Below are positions 37,816 through 49,569 of a stretch of DNA of 64,000 nt, one piece after another. Numbering within the stretch: the stretch's first letter is position 1; each line of letters begins with the position of its first letter. This DNA comes from Haplodiscus bocki (taxonomy: Eukaryota): NCBI GenBank assembly GCA_965655095.1, contig OZ296652.1:14322001-14386000 (forward strand). The letters run 5' to 3'. The translations under genes and the position numbers were made by a program. The notes under the pieces were generated by a model. It was given only the letters and a program-made list of their open reading frames with translations. It was not told where the DNA came from and did no database searches.

Positions 37816-39270
37816 ACAGGACACCCAGCTACAACTGGGAAATTTTGCGCCCTCCAACTTTGTTGAAGAAGCCATTCAGAAGGATGAGCGTAATTTTTGG
37901 GAAAACAAACTTCATCAAATTTTTAACTTTTCGAAATTCAATACTTTTCTGTGATTTTGCAAAACCTTAATATAGAAGGGAAAACATTTTTTTAAAAATA
38001 ATTCTACAGTAAATTTGACACCTTCACTGATTTCAAGAGAAATCAACTTTTTTTCAATTGTGTACGTATTTGAGAAATCATTTTATTTCACATGCATTCT
38101 ATTTCAAATTTGCTATAATCCATAGGAACAATTTGAGGAAGGAAAAATATAGTTTTTGAAAAAAAAAATTATATTTTCGGATTTTGAGCAAAAAACTTTC
38201 GGACGTTTAGCCAAAAATTCTCGGCAGGGTTGTTAAACCTGCATTCTACATGTCCAGAAGAACATTTTGAGGAAAATAAATTTTTCAAAAACTTCATTTG
38301 AAAACTATTTTCGAACTTTGAGCAAAAAATTCTCGGCAGGGTTGTTAAAACAGCATTCTACGTGTCTAGAGGAATTTTTTGAGAAAACAAATTTTTATTT
38401 AAAAAATTTCGATTATTTTCGGACTTTTTTTCGCCAAAAGAACATTACACTTAAGGTGGAAAAGACATTTCTAAAAGATAATATCAATTGATACGCATTC
38501 TACAGAATATTTGCCACCTTTAGCGGTTTTGAAAAAAATCAGGTTTCATTTCGAAAAAACCCATCTATTTTTTCTAAAAAACCCAAATTTTGAACGTTTT
38601 GAGGAATCTTACTATTCAGTCGCATTCTACGGCAAATTAGCTACAATTTGGTGAAAAAAAATAATGTACAGAATGGTGAGCGAACATCGTTTTTAGCTAC
38701 AATTTGGTGAAAAAAATAATGTACAGAATGGTGAGCGAACATCGTTTTTAGCGTGAACGCAATTGGCAGACATCGGGTAAAAGAACGTTCCATGAGTTTA
38801 TGATTTTGTTTTCATATTGTAAACAATATGGCAAAAAATAATAAGACGGCCGGCTATAAAAAGCATATTTTCCGCCTTCCCATTTTGGTAAAGATGCTTT
38901 TTTCAAAATACTGTTTCTTCATTATATTTTCTAAATTTTCCAACTTTGAGAAGGTGGAAAAGATATTTTTGGGAAAAACTACCATTTGATGCGCATTCTA
39001 CAAAAAAACTGCGATCATGAAAAAATTCAAGTTTTCTTCGAGAAACCCATTTATTTTTTCCCAAGAAAAAACAAATTTCGTTCCTTTTGAGAAATCTTAC
39101 TACTTCAGCCGCATTCTACGGCAAATGCTCTACAATTTGGTGAAAAAAACTACGTTCAGAAACGTAAACGAACATCGTGAACGCAATTGGCAAACATCGG
39201 GTAAAAAAAAACGTTCCATTTGAGAGGAACACTTTCCTTCCATTTTTATGAATATGGAGAAAAAAATAAT
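37816..39270 (+). repeat. Two head-to-tail copies of the 35260-35767 family, with an internal 56-bp tandem duplication (38638-38750)
   Basis: Starts aacaggacacccagctac (37816) and ataagacggccggctat (38841) match the inverted end of 35260-35767. The segment tagctacaatttggtgaaaaaaataatgtacagaatggtgagcgaacatcgtttt is duplicated. Confidence 0.8.
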
Positions 39271-39288
39271 AAAATCACAAATTCTCAA

Positions 39289-39430
39289 GCGACAATGGCA
39301 CTTGGTAGATCATGCTACTGCGGCTCCAATTGTCCAGGTTCGACTAGACCACTCGACCTTCTTTATTCAAATCTAGGAACGTGTGCTAGTCTGAACGGAT
39401 CGGAAAAAAATTAGGACTGTGTCATAACAG
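39289..39430 (+). mobile_element. tRNA-derived SINE, second copy
   Basis: A-box-like TGGCACTTGGTAG and B-box GGTTCGACTAG; same 3' body as 36606-36754. Confidence 0.6.
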
Positions 39431-39938
39431 TAATAAGCGAACTACTGACGAAAACGAATCTTAAAGGATCTTGTACTTGGAAAAATAAAAAATCTCGTAC
39501 TTAAGAAGACACCATTTTGTATTTAACAAAAAAAGACATACTAATTATCAAACATATCGCAGTGTAGAGGTAATGGCTTTGATTAAAAAAAATAGCTAAA
39601 GATGAAAACAAGGATTAAGACTTGTGACTCCCTATAGAAACTTAATTATTGCATCAGACAATAATCAGGATACCGTGCTTGATATGTGAAGTTTTTGCTA
39701 GACTAAAAAGTTTCAGTTCTAATCGTTTGGACTTAAGAGCTGACACTTATGAGCTCACGCGAAGTTTTTACTTTTTCAGTCGTCTCATATTGATAACTTG
39801 AGGATCATTCATTGATTTTGTGGGTCGAACACGCCGAAAAAGTACTCAGTTGTCACAGTTTCAAAGCTTAAAATGAGCCACAACAACTAATCTACAAACT
39901 AAACTTATATACTTGTTAAATAGGTGGAAATGTGGTGA

Positions 39939-40530
39939 ATGACGGACGGGCAACCCCACATCCACGCGGCGAGTTCAATCTACTGGGCAATCGTATCAAT
40001 CGACGACCCAACCATACGGGGTAGCCTCCGGAGGAACGTCACGGACATCCGAGGACTGTCGTTCAACCCGGCCAACGCCAACAAGGACCTTGTCAAACTC
40101 CTGGTGAGAACTACTTTTTCCAAAAATATTATTTGGCACGACGTCATTAGTAATTCAATTTCACCAAACCCATCCAACGGTTCTCTCATAACGAGTGAGA
40201 AGCTCTTGCAAATACTGAAAAAACTCTCTTCGAGAATTTCGGCTATTGTGTACACCCAGCAAGACGAAACCGCTGATATCTTCCCCGACCTCCTGAAACT
40301 CCGTAAGGAAACCGGAATAATTGTGATCGAAGCGCGAAAACTTACAAATCACCAAATGCGCAAATCAGAATAGTTCCAAGCAGAACTCCCGGAAACGCAC
40401 ATAAACGAAAACCTTGAGCTACAGTGGCTGAGAACAGTTCTAGCACACGCACATAACCCCAAAGCCCTTACCGCAACGAGACGAGACGAGGTAAGAAGAA
40501 ACCTCATCGCTACTAAATGGTCAGTACTAT
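39939..40530 (+). pseudogene. LINE upstream ORF (ORF0), SGNH/GDSL esterase-like
   Basis: HIHAASS, IRGLSFN and IIWHDVISNS. Reading through the TAG at 40371-40373 continues FQAELPETHIN. The motif order is compatible with SGNH blocks I, II, III and V. Confidence 0.45.
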
Positions 40531-40623
40531 CTTTCCTCTCACGAGTTGTTATCACTCCTCTCTGCCTGAAAGTTCAGCACATCAAATCTGCTTAAACGTA
40601 GTTGTTCGTAACTTCCCGCTTTA

Positions 40624-41660
40624 ATGTTTCGGTCGTCCGGCGCCTACTCCAACTGGTGTGAACGTTTTAGTCGTTCGACCTCCCAAATGACCAACTTCCC
40701 AACTGCAGACAATCCCAGCGATTCCACGCGAACTCGATTCATGTCTGATTCTGATCTTGACAAAATTTCCACTGAGCCCGGATACTGTCCTTCAATCAGA
40801 GAACTACTTGGCGAGTCAACAACGGCTGGAGAGACATGGATGAACAGTGCCGCGGTCACAAAACCCAACCTGATCTTTCTTCTCAAAGAGGCAGTCCAAT
40901 TACTCAAACACGGAAAATCTTGGACAGAAGTAGCGGACCTGAGGAAAGAACTGAAAGACTTGCTTGACCCGGGCTCCCTGATGACCGAAGTCAGTCCCAA
41001 ATAAACAGCCAACTGGAGACATTTCGGGCAGAAGTAAAAGCCTCCATCCAAACTGAGGTGAAGTGCGCCCTCCAAACCCAAACAAAAACATTTGCAGACA
41101 GCCTCAAATCTAACGCATTAAACTCCAACTTAATCCATGCATCATCTGGAAATCTAATGGCTGGAAATATCATACAAACCTCGTCACAGGTCAGGATCGA
41201 AGGAATCGAGGAAACCACACCGGGTTCAAACATGTCCGATACAAACCACCTGGATAGCAAAGTACGCGAGGTCTTCAACCATCTAGGAATCGAAACCAAC
41301 ATCTCGTTCATTGAACGCATCGGAAAACCCAGGCGAGCTCCGAAAAGTGAACAACCTAGTCCTCAAAGACAGAGAACTGCCCTAGTGACGGTATCAAAAA
41401 GCTGGGATGCGAAGCGCATCCTTGATCCCGCGCACCAACTGAAGGATTTCAAATCAAGAATCTATATCTCCGCCGTCCTCACCAAGCAAGAAAAAGGAAT
41501 AGAAAACGAACTCCTAAAGAAAAGAAGAGAACTCATTAACAACGGTGAGAAGAAAGATAACATCCGCATTCGTAACCTCAAACTGTTTGTAAACGATACA
41601 GAAATCAAACTCCAAGCACCTACTGAAAAAATCCAAGAGGCCAAATCGGCCGACAGTTGA
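40624..41660 (+). pseudogene. LINE ORF1 (coiled-coil + RRM/CTD-type), broken near 41004-41058
   Basis: VADLRKELKDL coiled coil; VRIEGIEE...VFNHLG...IERIGK...IYISAVLT...LLKKRREL...IRIRNLKLFV, typical of LINE ORF1p. Confidence 0.8.
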
Positions 41661-44470
41661 TTAATAGTCAACCAAAGTCTTCACATCAGCTGCTTCAATG
41701 TTAGAAGCCTTATATCGAAAAAACGAAAAAACACTATCAAAAGCAGCGCTTCTTTCAAATAGCGAGATCTTAGCCCTCACGGAAAATTGGCTAACACAAG
41801 ACATTGCTAGCAGAGAGATCGGCCTGACAGAACACCAGATATAAAGATCAGGTAGAAAATACACCACAAAAAGCAGACTGAGGCGTGCTACAGGCGATAA
41901 AAGAAAACATGCCACATAAACTCTATGAAAAATTAAAAAATTTCGAAGACGCTGTTGGCTGCATCATCGACGACACTCTCCTAGTTGTGTGCGTCTACAA
42001 CCCACCCGAAAACAGTCCGTACCGCTGGCCAATATCAAAATGGGAGAAATTGGCAGAGGCCTGCAGGAACTCCAATATCCCCAAACTCATCATAACAGGC
42101 AACGTCAACATGCCAAAAACAAACCGGGAACCCTTCACCTCTGAGAGCCAATACGAAACGGAAGTACTTCAAGCACTGGAAAAGCTACACGTGTCACAAA
42201 TCAGAATCCCCACGTTCGACCAAGCCCCCCTGGACGTCCTTCTGTGCAACGACGATTTTGTTGTGCGGGCCAACCACGACGCTATCCTCAACGCGAAATA
42301 CTCGATTGATGGACGTGCGGCTGCCGACCACCAAGCAATCTAGGTGGAAATACACTTGGAACACCATGCTGCGCACCGGCCCTCAATAATGCAGTAGACC
42401 TTCTGCAAAGCAGACTACGACGAACTAGACAGAAGCATTGCTACAGACCCCTTTAAAGGGATCTGTTGGTCTAACCCCGACGTCCTCCTCTCCCAATGGG
42501 AAAACTGGCTAGACGAAAAACTGAAAGCCACCGTGCCAGCTAGATCCAAGCACCGAAAGTCACTTCCACCGTGGGTGTCTCAAGAAGCTTCCCGTCTCCT
42601 GAAACGAGTGCAGTCCCTCCAGCGAACTGGCAACAGCGACAAAACAGGAAAAGCGATTGAAGCATGCGACATATAACTGAGAACGGACCAGCAACAATAT
42701 GAAACGCTACTAGCCGACAGCAGAGACGGAAACAAGCTCTTCAAAGACGACAGGACTATCAAAAAGCCAGCAGTCGTGCCACCATCCATGTTTTGGAACG
42801 GCACGATAGCAACGACCGATAGAGAAATTGCAAACCTCTTCAACATGTTTTCCAATGCGTGTTCTCACAAAAAGAAAAAAAAACCAAGAGCGTCAGAACG
42901 AAGCAAGCACTGGCCCAGCCTTGGTGAACTACAACGTCTCGGAAAACAAAGTTCTATCAATCATCTCATATTTGAATGAAAACAAATCTTGTGGGCTAGA
43001 CAAACTCCCAGCCTTTCTGTTCAAGAAAACGCCGGCCCTCTGCAAGTCCATTTCCCACCTCAAAGCAATCAAAGACAAATGCAAGTTCCCGGACGCCTGG
43101 AAAACAGGGAAAATTACGCCGATCTACAAAAAGGGTGACAAATCACTCTCTAAAAACTACAGACCAATCACCCTCCTATGTATACTCTCGAAGATCCTGG
43201 AGAAATGCATATTCGATTCTTTGTTCCCCTACGTGGCAAATCTGATCCACCAGTCCCAACACGGTTTCCAAAAAAGAAAATCAACTATCTCTCAGCTACT
43301 TGTGTACCTCGGCAATCTACTCCAACAAAACTGCTGACACCAACATCAAAGCCGTGTACTTGGATTTCGCCAAAGCCTTCGACAAAATTGACCACTCGAT
43401 CCTCATTAACAACCTAAAACACAACGGCGTCGGAGGGAAACTGCTGAGTATCATCGAAGACTACCTCTCAAACCGCAAACAATACGTCGAAAACGGCACA
43501 GCATCTGATCCCCTCCTGGTACTCAGCGGAGTGCCCCAGGGATCACTACCGGGCCCGCTCCTCTTTTTGCTATACATCTACGACATGCCACAAAACCTAA
43601 ACCGCGATATATTCAGTTTCGCCGACGATTCCATACTACTGAGCATTCATAAATTATACGAAGCTAGCAATCTTGAAGCAAACCTCGACATCATCCACCA
43701 AAGGTGCTCAAAGCACAAAATGCAATTCAATGTACCAAAGTGTGCACACATGTGCTTTGCTGGTTCCCCATGCCAAAACCTTACACTAGCTGACGAGCCC
43801 GTACCCTTCTCATTGTCCACCAAAGACCTTGGGCTTCATGTGACAGCCGATCTGCAGCGGAACGTGCACATACAAGAGACAACATGCAAAGCTTTCTCAG
43901 CCCTCTGTTTCCTAAAATGGAATGCAGTAGAGGGACTATCAACCAGCACGGAACTCAAATTGGTGAAATCGATGGTTCTGCCCATCGTCCTATATGGTAG
44001 TACAGTCTGGTACGCCTCGAAGACTAACCTCAGAAAGCTCGAGCAGACCCAATGGAAAGCAGTGAAATGGGTACTCGCATACGGCGAACCCAACTACACT
44101 ATAGCCTTGAAGATGCTCAATCTCCTCCCCCTATCTCTATCTAGAATTGAACGATATTCTGCTTCTTTCCAATATCATATCGAACAAAATTGACTTTGAC
44201 AGGCAACCATTCCTGAAACCATCACAGAAACGAAACCAGCTTTTTGACCTAATGCCTATTTCAAATGACGTGCAACGCCAAAACTTATGGTATCGAAGCG
44301 CGAAGCTTGCAAATCTTTTACACCCGATGACAAACCTATTTCAGCCAGAAGGCCTTAAAGCACGTCTCCTGGACAACTACTGGAAGCACTTCGAGGACAC
44401 ATACAATCCCCAGGTCCGTTGTACCTGGCGCAAACTATGTCTTTGTCCAACATGTCGCCAAACTAGGTGA
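41661..44470 (+). pseudogene. LINE ORF2: AP endonuclease + reverse transcriptase, frameshifted
   Basis: APE motifs FNVRS, ALTENWL, VYNPP, GNVN, LDVLL, ADHQA. RT motifs NYRPITLL, QHGF, YLDFAKAFD, GVPQGS, FADD, KDLG. C-terminal CLCPTC. Confidence 0.95.
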
Positions 44471-44523
44471 TAAACAAATATCTTTAGTTTGGGTTGAATA
44501 AACCTTCAGTTTCATCATGTGTA

Positions 44524-44814
44524 NNNNNNNNNNNNNNNNNNNNNNNNNNNNNNNNNNNNNNNNNNNNNNNNNNNNNNNNNNNNNNNNNNNNNNNNNNNNN
44601 NNNNNNNNNNNNNNNNNNNNNNNNNNNNNNNNNNNNNNNNNNNNNNNNNNNNNNNNNNNNNNNNNNNNNNNNNNNNNNNNNNNNNNNNNNNNNNNNNNNN
44701 NNNNNNNNNNNNNNNNNNNNNNNNNNNNNNNNNNNNNNNNNNNNNNNNNNNNNNNNNNNNNNNNNNNNNNNNNNNNNNNNNNNNNNNNNNNNNNNNNNNN
44801 NNNNNNNNNNNNNN
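44524..44814. other. Assembly gap (N run)
   Basis: Run of N. Confidence 1.
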
Positions 44815-46779
44815 GCAATTAGAAAAGCGAAAAATTTGCACAACATGGGAAAAAATAGATTTCAAATAGAAATTCTTCAATCAATTGCCAAATGTACTGC
44901 ACACCTAGTCCCAGTATAACAACAAGTAGAGTTTGGTCGAGGTGCTCGCTTCCTAAATTCTGTGTTATGGGTTATTTCGGCCTCAAAATTGCATATCAGT
45001 TGCTTGATTCTTTTTCTGATTTGAATTTACTCTGGCACATTAAATAAATTATCAGCGACAGGGATGCCTAATGCCATAAAGCGATTTTGCTCTAGGCATC
45101 CGGCCAATAGGTTTGGAAGCCCCAACAAAGCATGCACATGAAAATTTAAGGTCTAGAGGTAAAGAAATCAGAACTCTTAGTTAAACAAAGCGCCAAAAAG
45201 ATTTTTGCCATCCAGTACGTCTCTCAGATTATCGACGTACTTAACTCCATTTTGGGTTTTTGCATTCGACATCATAGATTAGGCCACGGCGAATTGAATG
45301 AATTAACAGAGCCGATTTTCACCAAAGAAAAGAATTCTTCCGTAATTTTAGTCACCGTTGATTTTTTGAAGAGTTCCGATGTAACGCTTTTCGTTATTTG
45401 GCATTGTCTTCTATCACGTCGATAGAGTGCTCTAAAATTCGTTCAGAAACAACATGCTTATCGATGACGAAACGAAATTAGTGCGTTCACAAACATACAG
45501 ATCAAAAACACAAAGTATTGTTTTTTTAAAAAAAAAATTCAGTCACACTGTCTCTAAGTTTTTGAAATAGATGATTCTAAGCACCTTCTTCTTTCGCATG
45601 TAGACGGTTAAAAGCTTCGATTTTTTTGTACATCTATGAACAACAAGCCATTACGACTTAAAGGTTTCATGTTAACAGTAAAGTATAAAATTACGACAAG
45701 TCAACTCACGAACTTTCTAACTTTAATCAGTGCGAAAACATGTTTGAACCGATTTTTCAATACTTTCTCACCATGGAGATAAAAATCGAATTGCCTAATC
45801 TATATTTATGCTCAGGTATTTAACTACATCTGGGTCGTAGAATTTTCACGTATTACAAATTGTCCATCTGGTTTCCCGAAGCACTTGAGTTCCAATTTCT
45901 TTACGTAAGGTAACCGGCAATCATCAACAGGCCATTTCTGTATGTTTTTAACGTCAGAGGAAAATGGTGGATTGAAAGTACTAATCAGCATTGAAACCGA
46001 TGCCTTGGCACCTCTACATCGTACCTCTCTCCACTTTGCTGGGAGGTATGGGTGCCGTGGATACGCTCTATTCTCATGGATACTTACCTGGCCCCGTAGT
46101 AACAATGTTATATTTGAAGTAGTTACCTTACTGCGATACAGTAACCAGTTGGCAGACGCTCGTGCTTGGAAATTGCTCAAATTTTATTGACTGATTGAAA
46201 TTTAACGTAAAAATATTTTATTCTTTCGGACTTGTGAACCGACACTGAAATTTAGATAATATTTCAAGTCTTCAAGGCAGAACTTTCAAAAAATACCGCA
46301 CAATAAACGACATCTACAAAATCTACAGATAAAACTAACGTCGATCTAGCAAAAAGTTACACCGGCAAATAAATTAAGACAAACGCGGCTTTTTTGCTAA
46401 GTTCACGCGGAATATAATCCGATACTTATTTTCTGAAGATCCTGCAGTTAAGGATACTTTTCATGATAATATCTAAAGGAATGATATCTAAAGTCTCAAG
46501 CACGGGAACAGTTTCTAAAAAACGGAAATAGTATCGAAAAACGGAATGAAAACTTGAGAACAAGGTCAAAAGTCGAGAGGAAAAGTCCAAAATGTCAGAA
46601 TCTACTAAAATAGGTACAGATTACGAGAATAAGATCTTGAAACGTCAGAATCAACCAAATACGTCTAAAATCTTAACCAAACTGAAAACACATGAACAAT
46701 CAATTGACAACCAAACAGAATTAAAATGACTCAGGACTCAAAAAATATACCAAATTTTGAGTCAATTTTTTGGGGGGTA

Positions 46780-48054
46780 TTTCCGACATTCGGCTTCTTC
46801 GATGCAGGAATTCTTCCGTTGCATAAAGTCCCGTAGCCAATTTTTCCTCAGCTTCGGTAAAGAATTTATCAGATGTTTTAGAAATCTTTCTCCTCTATCT
46901 TCTTGTTAATATACCATCCTTCAACTGGTTTGCCTCCAATTAATATGCCTTTTCAACAACTTTCAGCTAAAAAAAAACAAAAAAACCAGAAACTAGGACG
47001 TTTCCAGCCAACTCTTTTGCCAAAAGAGTCAAGGAAACGGTCGACCGGAATCAGTCCTGCGGAATTTACCATGAACCGATAGCAGTTTTGGATCCATTGC
47101 TTGAATTCACTGCTTTTCAGCATATGAATAAAACATTGCCATTGCATTGAGAACATTAATTTCCGGTACGGCGGGCGCTCAATTCAGAGAATACACGATG
47201 GATTGAACTCGGTGGAAGTAAGGGCAAAACCATGGGCTTTTCGACCCGGCTAACAACTTCGTTAAGTTTCACACATGAAAACCCGTTGCTGCCACATTCG
47301 ATACTAACTTTGACGGTAATGGAACAAGCATCCTTGCAAATTGGTACCAATTACAAACTTGATAGACGAATATGGGGCAATTTCAAAATTGAGATTTGAG
47401 AATTGTATAGAATTGAGGGGTCAATGATCTGATTAAAAAAACACAGCATCATAGAAAAAACGTGTCTTACCAGACAGGATGTCATGAAACACCGGTATTA
47501 TTGTGTCCAGAACAAGACAATCAATAATCTGTAGCCGGTAGAAACCAACGGGTACTGTTTTAAAAATTGCATCAACGTGAATACTGTCGATTCTATCCAA
47601 AAATGATACATCGATCTCAGCCTCGTGGCGGAAGCGAATGTTCTGTAAGAGATAGAGCCATCGATTGTTTCCAAACTTAAATCTTCAACTTTGCTTGGAA
47701 TGGGTGGGAATTTTTTTGCCCTTCTTGTCATGACTGACGATATTTTCCTAAAATACTCATGTCGAAATTTTCGGGGTTGCTATTTCTGTTTCAAACATCC
47801 CTGGGTGCGAGAGTTGACGTTCTACATTGTGGCATCAAAATTTTTTTTTTCGATCTCCGCAAAATATTTCGGGTGGCTGTGCCTTTTGATTAGAGGAAAA
47901 ACTTTCCGAATTCATTTATAGGAAGTACCGGAACAGTTTGTTTGTAAAAAACACACCGCAAGCTAATTTCACCAGATTCATTCTCTTTTGAACACATAAA
48001 GCCATCAAAACAAAAAATGCTGGAACCTTTACGACGACCCTCAAAATCTTTCAT
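46780..48054 (-). pseudogene. MULE/Mutator-like transposase with FLYWCH-like N terminus, degenerate
   Basis: Minus-strand translation: MKDFEGRRKGSSIFCFDGF...LRC (from 48054); RRAKKFPPIP; IHVDAIFKTVPVGFY...IPVF..LSGKT..FYDAVF (~47450-47585); FEIA...LQGCLFHYRQ (~47310-47385); LPLLP; RRT...KRVGWKRPSFWF. Confidence 0.85.
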
Positions 48055-49569
48055 AATTCATGACGTCCTGAAACACAAAAAAATATATAGAAACAGAAGT
48101 CGGGAAACATTATTGAAATCAAAAACTTTAGGTAATATTCCTGAAAACAGGTATCCCAGAAACCAGAATAACATCCAAAACTTTAGATATTATACTCAAA
48201 AATCGGAATGGAAAAACAGGACCATCCAAAACTTCAGATATTATTCCCGAAAATATTTCCAGCCATGTAAGTTTTTGATATTGTTCCATATTTGATTCAG
48301 ATAATATTCTTTTTGATACTATTCCGTACTCCCATAGTGAATAAGAGCGATTAGGAATAAGATTTAAAGAATAACGCCAAAACCACTCGCGAATAACATC
48401 AAAGGCTTGCCGTATCTTAATACATATAGCTTTAGTGTTACTCCTCTCGACGTTATTCCTGAGTGACGTTTTAATGCTCTTGATTGGATGTTATTCAGAA
48501 CCAACATTTCATTAGATTTCAGTTTTGATTCCGGTTACAAGTTATTATTTAGATGTTATTCCTAGTTTCGTCTACACTTTCATGCTACGAGCATGTTAAC
48601 CACAATTTTTCGAAGTTCGAAAATTTGAGATGTTTGAACTCTGCTAGATTAATGTGATCTAAACCACTGTAGAAAAAGTTGACCAAGAAAAAGTCGCGAC
48701 TTCATACAATTGGGGTCTTTCTGGTATCTCCTCCTCAGCCTACTAGAGAATTAATGTTTCCCCCAAACAGCATTGTAATAAAATTGACTTTCATTCTATT
48801 TTTCGATGACTTTTTGGGTTATGAGTCATGCTGAAATGTCACAAAATAGTTAATGCAATCGAATTCAATGAGCCCTACCAATATAAAAAACGGCACTTCT
48901 TCAAAATAGTCGAACTTTTCTATTGAAGCAACGTTATTTTTCCCAGATCGCTCATCTTCCCTTCCATACCGCCGATACCGTTCTAACGTTCGCCGATGCG
49001 CAGTTATCCTAGCACGTTTTCGTAGCTACGATAATTTCAATGTGACAACTTTAAAATATCAAACTTGGGGAATCAATTTCTGAACTCGAACATTGCAATA
49101 CGAAATAGTTATTGAGACTTAGCTTTCATATCAGCAAAGTTAGAATGAAACACCCAGTTCGGTAGAGGTCCGCCGACGAATGGATATTATCAAAACTTTA
49201 GATTTTATGTATCTCGCCTTGTCAGGCGATTTAACTTGGGACTATTTTTCTAGTGAAACAATTTTTTTCTTTGGCCAATCCGGTTAATGAAGCAAGAAAT
49301 GAAACCTTTCCGAATTGTCATGAGAAGATCCAGCGCTCCACCATTACAAAGAAAAATAAAAAATGAAGGTCCTTCCGAAAACATTGGTTTCACCTTATAA
49401 CCGTTTGATTCTTTCAGCCTAAAACCTCAAAACTTTCACGTTTGGCAATAGAGACCAGAACAAACAAACCGCAAAACCTCAAAGGCAACAACTGAAGATG
49501 GACCTTGTAACCAGGAACTGATAAACTTTTGTAACTAATTATAAAGTTTTTTTTGGCTCACAGAGTTTA

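Larger units (their letters stand above)
39770..44523 (+). mobile_element. Near-full-length non-LTR retrotransposon (CR1/L2 group), mildly decayed
   Basis: Upstream ORF, ORF1 and APE-RT ORF2 in order, in higher-GC, C/A-rich sequence. AATAAA at about 44497, just before the assembly gap. The 5' boundary is approximate. Confidence 0.9.

Noticed and set aside
44435-44919. ORFs spanning N runs (also 63033-63350)
   Set aside because: Artefacts of assembly gaps.
46080-46092. ATACTTACCTGGC matches the 5' end of U1 snRNA
   Set aside because: The downstream sequence has no U1 stem-loops or Sm site. It is better explained as a consensus minus-strand splice donor (CAG|GTAAGTAT) or chance.
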